Under the pieces are notes generated by a model, which made no database searches, was not told the origin of the DNA, and worked only from the letters and a program-made list of their open reading frames with translations. Positions 51,348 to 61,608 of a stretch of 64,000 bases of DNA are shown here, piece after piece. Position numbers and translations under genes: made by a program. The number at the start of each line of letters is the position of its first letter. Within the stretch, counting starts at the first letter, position 1. Source of the DNA: Klebsiella pneumoniae (GTDB lineage Bacteria > Desulfobacterota > Binatia > Bin18); the NCBI GenBank assembly GCA_945865755.1, contig CAMBFS010000003.1:1-64000 (forward strand). The letters are read 5' to 3'.

Positions 51348-52565
51348 CTACATTGCCTGATTCAGCGCGGCGAGCAACTCCCGCAGGTTGCCACAGGGGA
51401 GGACCTCATTACTCGCGCGGGCGTAGAGACCGATCACACTGTCTCCGGTATTCCACCGCTCCTGCGCTTCAGGATTGAGCCAAACCAGTGTCTTCACCTG
51501 GGCACGCATGCGGGTGAGCAAATCTGGTCGTGGTGGACGACGATTATTGCGCGCATCACCGAGAATCAGCACGACCGTGTGCGGAGTCAGCACCTGTTCG
51601 CCAATATCCCGCCAAAAATGTTGCAGTACTTGGCCAAAGTCCGAGCGTGCATAGAGGTCCATTTCGGCATGCGGCACGACATGCCCATGCTCAAATGACA
51701 CTTCACATAAACGATCCACGTAGGCGAAGGTCCGCACCCGGCGAAAAAACGCGGAGGCTGGAGACAACAAGGCCAAGAGGAAATCGCTTACGAGCGCGAC
51801 CGAGCCGGAGAGATCGCACAGCGCGAGGAGGTCCGGCTTTCCAGGGCGGCGTCCACGAAATCGCAAGTCGATGGCGACTCCACCGCGTGGAATCGCGGCA
51901 CGGATGGTACGACGAAAGTCGAGCCGCCCGCGTTTCTTCCGTTTGTAACGACGACTCAAACGACCCCGAAACTGTCGCGCGAGCTGCTCCACTAACTCTT
52001 TGCTTGCTTCCACATCCCGCGCATCAAATGCGCTGAATGGTTTGTCCAGCAAGGCTTTCTGACGTGCGCGTCGCGCTTTGAAGCCGTTTTGGTCTTGTTC
52101 TGCTTGGTGTCCAGTCGTGGACTCTTCCTCGGCCACCTCTGCCTGCGCGGATTGAGGTGTGGGTTGTTGTTGGGCGGGTCGTTCCGCGTGCCGCGATGAT
52201 GACGATAGAGGTTTTTGGCTTGGGCGCGGTTGCTGTTGTGGCTGTTCTTGTTGTGGCTGTTCTTGAGGGCGCCCCCCGACTCCCTCTGTTTTCGCCTGTC
52301 GTTTTTCGCCTTGCTCACCACCGTGTTCGTGGTGCTTCCCACGCTGTTGCGCGGCAGGCCCGGCGAAAAAGCGAACGAAGGTCTCGTCAAAGACACCGCG
52401 GTCGTCCTCTTCCTTGACCAAACAGGCGGCGAGTGATTCGCGGAACATGTCGCGTTCGATCCCAATGGCCGCGACCGCGCGCAGGGCATCCATGCTTTCG
52501 CTGATGGAAATACGCAGACCGGCGGTACGGAGTTCCTTGATGAAACGGAGAGTGAGGTCGCGCAT
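51348..52565 (-). CDS. VWA/CoxE-like domain protein
   Basis: LDFRRTIR, LCDLSGSV (MIDAS), SDFG, ILGDARNN and WLNPE...W.TGDS. Confidence 0.88.
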   Translation of the reverse strand: MRDLTLRFIKELRTAGLRISISESMDALRAVAAIGIERDMFRESLAACLVKEEDDRGVFDETFVRFFAGPAAQQRGKHHEHGGEQGEKRQAKTEGVGGRPQEQPQQEQPQQQPRPSQKPLSSSSRHAERPAQQQPTPQSAQAEVAEEESTTGHQAEQDQNGFKARRARQKALLDKPFSAFDARDVEASKELVEQLARQFRGRLSRRYKRKKRGRLDFRRTIRAAIPRGGVAIDLRFRGRRPGKPDLLALCDLSGSVALVSDFLLALLSPASAFFRRVRTFAYVDRLCEVSFEHGHVVPHAEMDLYARSDFGQVLQHFWRDIGEQVLTPHTVVLILGDARNNRRPPRPDLLTRMRAQVKTLVWLNPEAQERWNTGDSVIGLYARASNEVLPCGNLRELLAALNQAM

Positions 52566-52802
52566 ATTGCAATTCTCGCTTACTCGTAAGGGCTGATGCA
52601 ACTCGCGAATTTTGACGCCCAAGTTCGGTAATACCCTCAGCGTAGAGAGGCCCCGGCGGGACGTCTCTGCAAGACCCCGATTACCGATTTTGTTCGTCAA
52701 AATTTTTTTGCAGGCGGATACGACAGATACGACATGACTACCTGCCGCTGGATTTCAAGTCCTTGCCCAATGTCTTACTAACGAGAGTGACCGTATTGAC
52801 CG

Positions 52803-53258
52803 TTAGGGGCTTGCCATCAGTGGGACAACGGTGATGTATCCGGCAAACCGCTTAAAGTCGTCGGTGTTGTGGGTAAGCAAGCTCGGAATGTTGTAGGTTA
52901 ACATCGTCGCCACGATGTTGGCGTCGTGGATTTGTTTCCCGCCAAGGGGGATCGTCCGTAAGAACTCGGCTAAGAAAGCCAATCCGGATTTTGTTTCCTC
53001 GACAACGGTAAAGTCCGTTTGGAAAGTCCGAAAATTTTCCAGTATTTTTGGTAAGGAAAGGGTCCCGGTTTTGGCGGGCCGGGTCGCCGCCGCGAGATAT
53101 TCCCGGAGAATCTGGGGACTGAGAATCAAGTCAACGCCGCGTTGCCGGGCCGTCTGGAGGGCGGTGTTGGCTACCTCGTGCCAGGGCGAGGCCTCATTCG
53201 TGGCATAGATCAGGATGTTGGTATCAACAAACAGCCGATCAACGTCCGTAGTCTCCAT
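52803..53258 (-). CDS. vapC: VapC/PIN toxin
   Basis: FVDTNILIYA, QILREY, HDANIVATM and LTHN..DF.RF. Confidence 0.9.
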   Translation of the reverse strand: METTDVDRLFVDTNILIYATNEASPWHEVANTALQTARQRGVDLILSPQILREYLAAATRPAKTGTLSLPKILENFRTFQTDFTVVEETKSGLAFLAEFLRTIPLGGKQIHDANIVATMLTYNIPSLLTHNTDDFKRFAGYITVVPLMASP

Positions 53259-53478
53259 ACAGGTCCTCCCGTTGGAACGTGCATTCTTCAGGCCACGCTT
53301 CCCACTTCCAAGTGGCCAGTTTCAGCGGAGGCTTGAGAAGCCGTTCAGGAGAGAGCCTCGTGTGTGTCGTATCAATGACGACAACAACCCGATGCTCGCC
53401 TGGTGCTATGTTCGTGGGTAAACTGATGGTGAGTTTTCCGTCTCCTGTCACCACTGCTGTCGTTTCTATCGTTCGCAT
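53239..53478 (-). CDS. Putative antitoxin
   Basis: Small ORF overlapping the PIN gene; ends REDLYGD.GR. Confidence 0.75.
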   Translation of the reverse strand: MRTIETTAVVTGDGKLTISLPTNIAPGEHRVVVVIDTTHTRLSPERLLKPPLKLATWKWEAWPEECTFQREDLYGDYGR

Positions 53479-53567
53479 AGCTCCCTCTTGTTGCTAATGG
53501 ATGGAGATAAACCGTAACGACAAAGTATTTTCCTGTCTAGGCGCTTTGCGTTGTGGCGCTGCTGGAG

Positions 53568-54344
53568 TTACACCCGTGGCTTGCGCTGCTCGCGATAGAC
53601 GTGCATCGATTCGGAAAACTCGCCAGTGGACACTGAAATGGCGCGAGCCTGTTCAATCTCGCGGGTGAGGGTCTCCGTGTCGAGGTCCCAAGTGCGGGTG
53701 AGCAGATGTTTCGCGCAGGCCGCCGCTTTGCTCCCCAGTTTCAGGCAGCGGTCGGCGAGTTTCTGCGTTTCCGCGCCCAACTGATCGAGCGCGACCAGGC
53801 GCGTGAGCAATCCTAAATGCTCCGCTTGGGTGGCATCGAACCGTTCGCCAAGGATGACAAGCTCCTTGGCTTTCGCCAGGCCAATCAGTTGTGGCAACCG
53901 ATAGATCGGTTCAGTATCGGGAGGTGCGCCGTATAACACCTGGGGGATGGCGAAAAAGGCATTGGTGGCCGCGACACGAAAATCGCACGCCAAAAAGAGT
54001 TCCATGCCCGCCCCAAGACACGGCCCTTGCACCGACGCAATGGTCAGTTGGTCCAGATGCGTGAAGAGGTCGAGCGCGCGTTGCCACGGGCTCCACGTCG
54101 CATTCATCGCTTCCGCAGTCGCCGGACGATTGGCCGCCGCTTGCAGGTCCATCCCCGAACAAAACGCGCGCCCTTCTCCCTTGAGGATAATCACGCGAGT
54201 CTCCGTATCCGCCCGAATCGTGTTGCACGCTTCCTCAAAGTCGAGAATCAGTTGACCATTGACGGCATTCAGCGATGCCGGACGATCAAGCGTCAAAAAG
54301 CCAATCGGCCCTTCCTTCTCAAAACGCAACGTATCCCATTCCAT
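53568..54344 (-). CDS. Enoyl-CoA hydratase/isomerase family protein
   Basis: LTLDRP..LNA, AFCSGMDL and GAGMELFLACDFR. Confidence 0.9.
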   Translation of the reverse strand: MEWDTLRFEKEGPIGFLTLDRPASLNAVNGQLILDFEEACNTIRADTETRVIILKGEGRAFCSGMDLQAAANRPATAEAMNATWSPWQRALDLFTHLDQLTIASVQGPCLGAGMELFLACDFRVAATNAFFAIPQVLYGAPPDTEPIYRLPQLIGLAKAKELVILGERFDATQAEHLGLLTRLVALDQLGAETQKLADRCLKLGSKAAACAKHLLTRTWDLDTETLTREIEQARAISVSTGEFSESMHVYREQRKPRV

Positions 54345-54546
54345 ACTGCCCCCTCGAAACCCGAAACCCAAAACTTTCCGTATCCCTATAGCAAACCTCC
54401 GCGGCATTGACACGATCGGCCTCCCTTAAGGAAGCGCCAGTTGTCTGCTAGGAGAGGGGCGGTGCTGAAAGCAAGGGACTGGTGGGAACGGAAGCAAACG
54501 GTTACGAACTACCAACCCCCAGAGACAAGGAGATGCCGCAACCCAC

Positions 54547-55530
54547 ATGGCTATTACACTGACACAACTGTTGGACAAGATGTTCGCCGGTGATGAGGTC
54601 GCGTTGGCCCGCCTGATGACGTTAATGGAACGGGAAGGCAAAGAGGTCGGCCCCATTCTGGAAGCGCTGGCCCCACGGCTGGGGAAAGCCTTCACCATTG
54701 GGATCACCGGCCCGCCTGGAGCGGGCAAGTCGAGTTTAGTGGACCACCTCGCCGCGCTCATGCGGAAGGCGGGCAAAACAGTCGGCGTGGTGGCGATTGA
54801 TCCCTCCAGTCCGTTCACCGGCGGTGCGTTGTTGGGCGACCGCATCCGCATGTCCCAACATTATCTCGATAAGGGCGTCTTTATCCGCAGCATGGCCACC
54901 CGCGGAAGCCACGGCGGACTCGCCCGCGCCACCAAGGATGTCATCAAGCTGCTCGACGCCTTTGGGCGCGATTATGTGCTCGTGGAGACCGTCGGCGTCG
55001 GTCAGACCGAACTGGATGTCATGGGGACGACGGACACGGTCTTGGTCGCGGTCGTCCCGGAAGCGGGTGACGGGGTGCAGGTGATGAAAGCCGGGTTGAT
55101 GGAAATCGCCGACATCTTCGTGGTGAACAAAGCGGATCGTGATGGCGCGGCGCGGATGCAGACCGAACTGAGCCTCATGCTCGAACTCAAATATAGTAAT
55201 CGCCCCACATCCGAAGCCGACCGACCACAATGGCGCATTCCGGTGCTCCCCACGCAAGCGCTCACCGGAGTGGGGCTCAAGGAGCTGTTCCAAGCGATCG
55301 AGACGCATCATCAGTTCCTCACTGACAGTGGGGAATTGATCCGGCGACGGAAAGAGCGACGCCGCGAGGAATTGCTGTGGCGGGTTGAGTACGAAGTCCG
55401 ACGACGCCTCACGATCAAATCCCGCACGGACGCCGCCTTCGCCCATTTCCTGGAGGAAGTCAGCGAGGGCAAAATTGATCCGCAGACCGCGTCAACGAAA
55501 ATTCTCGAAAGCTCGGTGCTGAGGGAATGA
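54547..55530 (+). CDS. meaB: Methylmalonyl-CoA mutase-associated GTPase
   Basis: GITGPPGAGKS, DPSSPFTGGALLGDRIRM, ETVGVGQ and NKAD. Confidence 0.95.
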   Translation: MAITLTQLLDKMFAGDEVALARLMTLMEREGKEVGPILEALAPRLGKAFTIGITGPPGAGKSSLVDHLAALMRKAGKTVGVVAIDPSSPFTGGALLGDRIRMSQHYLDKGVFIRSMATRGSHGGLARATKDVIKLLDAFGRDYVLVETVGVGQTELDVMGTTDTVLVAVVPEAGDGVQVMKAGLMEIADIFVVNKADRDGAARMQTELSLMLELKYSNRPTSEADRPQWRIPVLPTQALTGVGLKELFQAIETHHQFLTDSGELIRRRKERRREELLWRVEYEVRRRLTIKSRTDAAFAHFLEEVSEGKIDPQTASTKILESSVLRE

Positions 55531-55579
55531 AGAATGAAGAATTCAAAATGAAGAATTTTAGGAATAGGGAGGATTCGCG

Positions 55580-56674
55580 ATGAAAGCAGCCGTCTTGTAC
55601 GAACTGAAAACCCCATTGAAAGTCGAAGATGTCGATCTCGATAACCCCAAGAGTGGTGAGGTCCGCGTCAAAGTAGTCGCTAACGGCGTGTGCCACAGCG
55701 ACTACTCGGTCATTCATGGCGTATTGCGTTCCCCGTTGCCGGTGGTGCCTGGGCACGAGGGCGCGGGGATTGTCGAGGAGATTGGACCTGGCGTGACGAT
55801 GGTCAAACCTGGCGATCACGTCGTGTTATCGTTCGCTCCCTACTGTGGCCATTGCTTTTACTGCTCGGTTGGCAGCCCGGTGCTGTGCGACAACATGCGC
55901 ATGACGATGGGCAAAGGGACGCTGCTGGATGGGACCACGCGGCTCAAGAAGAACGGCAAACCGATTCATCACATGGCGGGCCTGTCGAGCTTCGCGCAGT
56001 ATGTTGTGGTCGCGGAATCGTCCTGTATCAAAATAGCCAACGATGTACCGCTGGAAAAAGCCTGTTTGGTGGGCTGTGCGGTAATGACCGGCGTGGGCGC
56101 GGCCATCAATACCGCCAAGGTGCAACCGGGCACGAGCTGCGTGGTCATCGGCTGCGGCGGTGTCGGGCTGAATACGATTCAAGGTTGCGGGTTGGCCGGC
56201 GCGGCGACGATCATCGGTGTTGATCTCATGGACAGCAAGCTGGAGTACGCGAAACAGTTTGGCGCGACCCATACGATCAATCCCGGCAAACAAGATTTAG
56301 TCAAGACCGTGCGAAGCCTGACCGAAGGGCGCGGCGCCGATTACGCCTTTGAGGTGATTGGGCTCGGGAAAACCATTGAGCAAGCCTATGCCTGCTCGCG
56401 CCAAGGTGGGACGACCATCGTGGTTGGCGCTCCATCACGCGAGGACACGGTTACGATTCCCGCGTCGAGTCTGTTGACGGAAAAGATCATCAAGGGGTCA
56501 GTGTATGGCTCCTGCCATCCGCACGTGGACATGCCGCGACTGATTGATCTGTACATGAAGAAGAAACTCAAGATTGATGAGCTGGTGTCCCGGACGTATA
56601 CGCTTGATGAAGTCAACGTGGCGATGACGGCGCTCGAAAAAGGCGAAGTCGCGCGGAGCGTGGTGGTGATGTAG
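55580..56674 (+). CDS. Zn-dependent alcohol dehydrogenase (class III-like)
   Basis: CHSD, GHEGAG, CGHC..C..C and GCGGVG. Confidence 0.93.
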   Translation: MKAAVLYELKTPLKVEDVDLDNPKSGEVRVKVVANGVCHSDYSVIHGVLRSPLPVVPGHEGAGIVEEIGPGVTMVKPGDHVVLSFAPYCGHCFYCSVGSPVLCDNMRMTMGKGTLLDGTTRLKKNGKPIHHMAGLSSFAQYVVVAESSCIKIANDVPLEKACLVGCAVMTGVGAAINTAKVQPGTSCVVIGCGGVGLNTIQGCGLAGAATIIGVDLMDSKLEYAKQFGATHTINPGKQDLVKTVRSLTEGRGADYAFEVIGLGKTIEQAYACSRQGGTTIVVGAPSREDTVTIPASSLLTEKIIKGSVYGSCHPHVDMPRLIDLYMKKKLKIDELVSRTYTLDEVNVAMTALEKGEVARSVVVM

Positions 56675-56701
56675 GGGGCGGAAGGGAGCGAAGTTGACGA
56701 G

Positions 56702-58024
56702 ATGAATAGTTTTAGCCAGCTCGACCTTTTTGGAGGTCCCCGCTTTCTCCTCGACCGAGAAAGAGCCCCCACACAACGGCAGGAAAGCCGGTCCGGTACG
56801 TTTACCGATAACATGCGATTACCAATCCATCGCTGGTTTCGGTATTCCGCTGGATTCTCCGCCGAATGGGTGGAACAGACGATCAAGGATTTTCCATCAT
56901 CGAAGCCGCCAGTGGTGCTTGATCCGTTCGCCGGGTCAGGCACGACACTCCTTGCGGCGGAGAAAGCGGGCGCTGTCGTACATGGATACGAGAGCCACCC
57001 ATTTGTTTATCGCATCGCCGCCGCGAAGTTATTGTGGCACCTTGACGAACAGCGCTTGCTGAAGGACGCGACGCTCTTTCTCAGTCGAGCGAAAGCAAGA
57101 AAGCCGCGCGTCCCCCCCCAACTTTCGGACCTCCTGACCAAGTGTTTTACTCCGGAAACGATTGAGCGGCTTATTGCCTTGCGAGACTGCTACGTGGAGA
57201 CTCGACAAGACTCCGCCGAGTGGCAGCTCATCTGGCTTGCGATGACCGCTATCCTGCGCTCGTGTAGTCACGTCGGCACCGCCCAATGGCAGTACGTTCT
57301 GCCCAATAAACGGAAAGCGACTTTCCTTGATCCTTTTCATGCGTTTGAGGCCAAAGTCTCGGAGCTGATCGCCGACATGGATTTCGCGAAACGGGCGGGA
57401 TTCCGCCAAACGGCCACGATGTCTTTACAGGATGCGAGGGAACCCGCTCCGATTGCCGCTCACTCTGTCGACTTGGTTATCACCTCACCGCCATACCCGA
57501 ATAACTATGATTACGCCGATGCGACACGACTGGAGATGACCTTTTGGGGGGAGGTTTCTTCCTGGGGCGACCTCCAACACGCGGTACGGCGGTTCATTAT
57601 TCGGTCGTGTTCTCAGCATACCGCCGCCGAACGGGCCAATCTCGCGGAGCTGCTGGAAGATGTGTCCCTCGCGCCAATTCGGGGAGAGTTGGCCACCGTG
57701 TGTGGCCAACTGGAAACCATCAGGATGACGAAAGGAGGAAAAAAGACCTACCACACGATGGTGGCCGCGTATTTCGTGGATATGGCGAAGATACTGAGGC
57801 AACTCCGTGCGGCCTGCAAACCCGGAGCGCAACTGTGCTTCGTGGTCGGCGACTCCGCTCCTTATGGGATCTATGTGCCAGCCGATGTTTGGCTCGGTCG
57901 TCTTGCGGTCGCCGCGGGGTTTGAGACCTTCTCGTTTGAGAAGGTCAGAGATCGGAACGTGAAGTGGAAGAACCGCAAACATCGAGTTCCGCTTCATGAA
58001 GGCCGCCTATGGATCAAGGGCTAA
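56702..58024 (+). CDS. Site-specific DNA amino-methyltransferase (probably N4-cytosine)
   Basis: Motif I VLDPFAGSGTT precedes motif IV VITSPPY. Confidence 0.88.
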   Translation: MNSFSQLDLFGGPRFLLDRERAPTQRQESRSGTFTDNMRLPIHRWFRYSAGFSAEWVEQTIKDFPSSKPPVVLDPFAGSGTTLLAAEKAGAVVHGYESHPFVYRIAAAKLLWHLDEQRLLKDATLFLSRAKARKPRVPPQLSDLLTKCFTPETIERLIALRDCYVETRQDSAEWQLIWLAMTAILRSCSHVGTAQWQYVLPNKRKATFLDPFHAFEAKVSELIADMDFAKRAGFRQTATMSLQDAREPAPIAAHSVDLVITSPPYPNNYDYADATRLEMTFWGEVSSWGDLQHAVRRFIIRSCSQHTAAERANLAELLEDVSLAPIRGELATVCGQLETIRMTKGGKKTYHTMVAAYFVDMAKILRQLRAACKPGAQLCFVVGDSAPYGIYVPADVWLGRLAVAAGFETFSFEKVRDRNVKWKNRKHRVPLHEGRLWIKG

Positions 58025-58030
58025 CCACAA

Positions 58031-58912
58031 GTGGCAGGTTCGCCCTCGCATAAGTTTGGACAAATTATCGGAGACCTCCTTGAGGAGATCATCGGTCCGC
58101 AACTCCAAGACTTTTGCGATCAACGAGGTCTCTATCTCGATAGCAAAGGCGAACGAGGGGCAGCCCGTGAGGGGAAGAAGGTCAGTTGGCAAGACAAGTT
58201 TGGCAACGCTCACGATCTCGATTTTGTGATTGAGAAAGGCGGGACCAAGGAAAAACGGGGTCGCCCCTTGGCTTTTATAGAAGCGGCATGGCGACGTTAC
58301 ACAAAACACTCAAGGAATAAAGCCCAGGAGATTCAAGGCGCTATCCTCCCCGTTGCCGAAAGGTACGCATGGGACAAACCCTTCCTTGGTGCGATCCTGG
58401 CGGGAGTCTTCACGGAAGGCGCTTTGACGCAAATGCGCTCTTCCGGATTTGAGGTCACATTATTTCCATACAGTAGCCTTGTCGAAGCGTTTGCCTCCAT
58501 CGGGCTCAATGCCGCGTTTGACGAAGAAACCCCAGATGCCGATTTCAAGAAAACAATCAAAAAAATCGAGAGGCTCACTCGCCAAAAAAGAGCTGCCCTC
58601 AAGCAGCATCTTATCCGCGGTAACCAAGCATTGATGGATCGATTTTTCACGGAGCTGCAAGCCACGCTCGACCGAACAGTCGACCGGGTTATCGTGATTC
58701 CACTCCACGGCCACCAGAGCGAGTTCACAAGCATGGAAGAGGCGGTCAGTTTCATCCGAGGATATGATGAAGTTACACCACGGCATGGTGTATTCCGGGA
58801 ATACGAAGTCATTGTCCGATATAGCAACGGCGATGAGATCGAAGCTGTTTTCAAGGACAAACAGCAAGCACTTGGTTTCCTGCACTATGTGTCAGGCACC
58901 GAAACGGTCTAA
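58031..58912 (+). CDS. Putative type II restriction endonuclease (PD-(D/E)xK)
   Basis: Lies 6 bp after the MTase. HDLDFVIE..FIEAAWRRYTKHS.NK; somewhat lower GC than the flanks. Confidence 0.7.
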   Translation: MAGSPSHKFGQIIGDLLEEIIGPQLQDFCDQRGLYLDSKGERGAAREGKKVSWQDKFGNAHDLDFVIEKGGTKEKRGRPLAFIEAAWRRYTKHSRNKAQEIQGAILPVAERYAWDKPFLGAILAGVFTEGALTQMRSSGFEVTLFPYSSLVEAFASIGLNAAFDEETPDADFKKTIKKIERLTRQKRAALKQHLIRGNQALMDRFFTELQATLDRTVDRVIVIPLHGHQSEFTSMEEAVSFIRGYDEVTPRHGVFREYEVIVRYSNGDEIEAVFKDKQQALGFLHYVSGTETV

Positions 58913-59039
58913 CCCACAGCGCGAAGGACGACCGCCGCCCGATTGCGGTTCGGGGTGAATGCGCCCAGGATTCGGTTGAATGGCAAACAGCGACTGAGCG
59001 TGTTAAGCCCTTGACCACTATGCGCCTGGTCTGCCTTAA

Positions 59040-59595
<556 letters not shown>

Positions 59596-59676
59596 TCTGG
59601 CCCCATAAGCACTGACGAGGCCACACGGCGAGAGAAAGACGGAAACCTATCTTGAATCGCCAACTCAGGAGGAAAC

Positions 59677-60477
59677 ATGCTCCAACAAGCCATAGACTTT
59701 CGCGAGGAAAGTGACGCACTCTTCGCGCTCCTTGATCCGTTAGTGGATCAGGACTGGGACCGAAAAACCCAATTCAAGGAGTGGACGATGCACGATGTGG
59801 TCGCGCACCTTCATTTTGGCAACTATCTCGCCGATTTGTCACTGCGAGATAGCGATGCCTTCACGGCGTTCCTGCGGCGCTGGATGGAGGAAATCAAACA
59901 ACGCGGTACCAATAGAGCGGCGACCAACGCCTGGCTTGATGGCACCAAGAACCGCGCCCTGTTACAGCGCTGGCGTGAGTTCTACCAGGAGATGACCGAG
60001 CGATTCCTTGTCGCCGATCCGAAAAAGCGCGTCAAATGGGCGGGTCCTGACATGAGCGTGCGCTCCAGTATTACCGCCCGACTCATGGAAACCTGGGCGC
60101 ATGGCCAAGCCGTTTACGATCTACTTGGCCAAGTGCGCAACGAAGAAGATCGTATCCAAAACATCGCCGTCTTGGGGGTCAACACCTTTGGTTGGACGTT
60201 TACCAATCGGGGTCAACCCGTGCCGACCGATCCACCGTACCTCCGACTGACGGCGCCATCAGGAGCAATTTGGGAGTGGAACCTCCCGGCGCAATCAGAG
60301 AACCGGATCGAGGGGAAAGCCGCTGAATTCTGTCAGGTCGTGACTCAGGTACGGAACATCGCTGATACCACATTGCAAGTGACGGGTGCGACGGCGACCA
60401 CGTGGATGTCCATTGCCCAGTGTTTCGCTGGGCCACCGGAAAATCCGCCAGCACCGGGCAAGCGATTTCGGCAATAA
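59677..60477 (+). CDS. TIGR03084-like MDMPI/DinB-superfamily metal-binding protein
   Basis: WT..D.VAHL, WAGPDMS.RS..TARLMETWAHGQ and FC.VVTQ.R. Confidence 0.82.
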   Translation: MLQQAIDFREESDALFALLDPLVDQDWDRKTQFKEWTMHDVVAHLHFGNYLADLSLRDSDAFTAFLRRWMEEIKQRGTNRAATNAWLDGTKNRALLQRWREFYQEMTERFLVADPKKRVKWAGPDMSVRSSITARLMETWAHGQAVYDLLGQVRNEEDRIQNIAVLGVNTFGWTFTNRGQPVPTDPPYLRLTAPSGAIWEWNLPAQSENRIEGKAAEFCQVVTQVRNIADTTLQVTGATATTWMSIAQCFAGPPENPPAPGKRFRQ

Positions 60478-60678
60478 ATAAGGAAGGGATCACTTCAATC
60501 CCCCTCACCCTAGCCCTCTCCCAGCCGGGAGAGGGAATTTTCGGAGCCCTCGAACTTCATACCATTGCCCAGCCGAGAGAGGGCCTTTCGGACTCCACAC
60601 GCTGAGTCCCGTTGCCCTCTCCGAGACTGGCCTGAGACTTGTCCTAGACTTGTTTGGGACTGGCCTGAGACTATCTCC

Positions 60679-61608
60679 CTATCCGCGCGGATGGAACTTT
60701 TTGTGCACTTCGCGCAGCCGTTCACTGGTGAGATGCGTATAAATCTGCGTCGTGGTGATATCCACATGTCCGAGCATCGCTTGGACGGCACGGAGGTCCG
60801 CGCCGCCGTCGAGGAGGTGCGTGGCGAACGCATGGCGCATGGCGTGCGGGTTGAATTTACCGCCTTCCGGGCTTTGCAGCGCGTAGTCCCTCAACAGTTT
60901 CCAAAAGGTCTGGCGGGAGAGTGGCTTGGCCACGCGTGAGAGAAAGACATACGCGCTGGTCCGCCCTTTCAATAATTGTGGCCTCGCCGCCGAGAAATAC
61001 TGCTCCAATTTGTCCTTCGCGCTCGACCCTACCGGCACCACCCGTTCCCGTCCCCCTTTGCCCCGCACCCGCACGAACCCCGCTTCGAGATGGAGTTGCT
61101 TGACCTCCAGCCCCACGAGTTCCGACACGCGCAATCCCGTCGCATAGAGCAATTCTAGCATCGCATGATCGCGGACCCCGGTCGGTGTGGATTCATCTGG
61201 CCGGTCCAACACGGCATCGACTTGCTGACGCGACGGGACTTGCGGCAGGTGTCGTCCAATCTTTGGTAAGAGTAAGTGAGAAGTTGGGTTACTGCCCGGC
61301 AGTGCCTCTTCTCGTTCGAGAAAGCGGTAGAACCGTCGCAGGGTCGTTAGGATGCGGGATTGACTCCGGGCGGAGAGTCCACGATCTCGTAACGTGCCAA
61401 GGAATCCCACCAGGTGGCGAGACCCGGCGGTCCGCAGTGTCGGTTCCGCCTGGGTCGCCATATAGCGACAGAACTCGGCGAGATCCCGGTAATAGGCTTC
61501 AATGGTGTTCCGCGAGAGTCCACGCTCGACGGTAAGATACGCGAGAAACTGGTCTACTTGCGTATCGTGCGCGGATGGCGAAGAGCCTGGCGATTGTTGA
61601 TCCCTCAT
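60679..61608 (-). CDS. xerD: Tyrosine recombinase XerD
   Basis: ERGLS.NT..AY, LYATGLRVSELV, GKG.RERVVP, PH..RHAFATHLL.GGADLR.VQ.MLGH and TTQIYTH. Confidence 0.93.
   Translation of the reverse strand: MRDQQSPGSSPSAHDTQVDQFLAYLTVERGLSRNTIEAYYRDLAEFCRYMATQAEPTLRTAGSRHLVGFLGTLRDRGLSARSQSRILTTLRRFYRFLEREEALPGSNPTSHLLLPKIGRHLPQVPSRQQVDAVLDRPDESTPTGVRDHAMLELLYATGLRVSELVGLEVKQLHLEAGFVRVRGKGGRERVVPVGSSAKDKLEQYFSAARPQLLKGRTSAYVFLSRVAKPLSRQTFWKLLRDYALQSPEGGKFNPHAMRHAFATHLLDGGADLRAVQAMLGHVDITTTQIYTHLTSERLREVHKKFHPRG

Noticed and set aside
54425..54545. Possible cobalamin riboswitch upstream of meaB
   Set aside because: The context fits, but I could not find the conserved B12-box or core motifs; an Rfam scan would be needed.
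60620..60675. Short 11-12-bp repeats (GACTGGCCTGA/GACTTGTCCTA) after xerD as a dif-like or operator site
   Set aside because: No resemblance to the dif consensus; most likely another degenerate tandem array.
60679..61608. Tyrosine recombinase as a prophage/island integrase
   Set aside because: The sequence is typical chromosomal XerD, coupled to glnD, with no att sites or phage genes.
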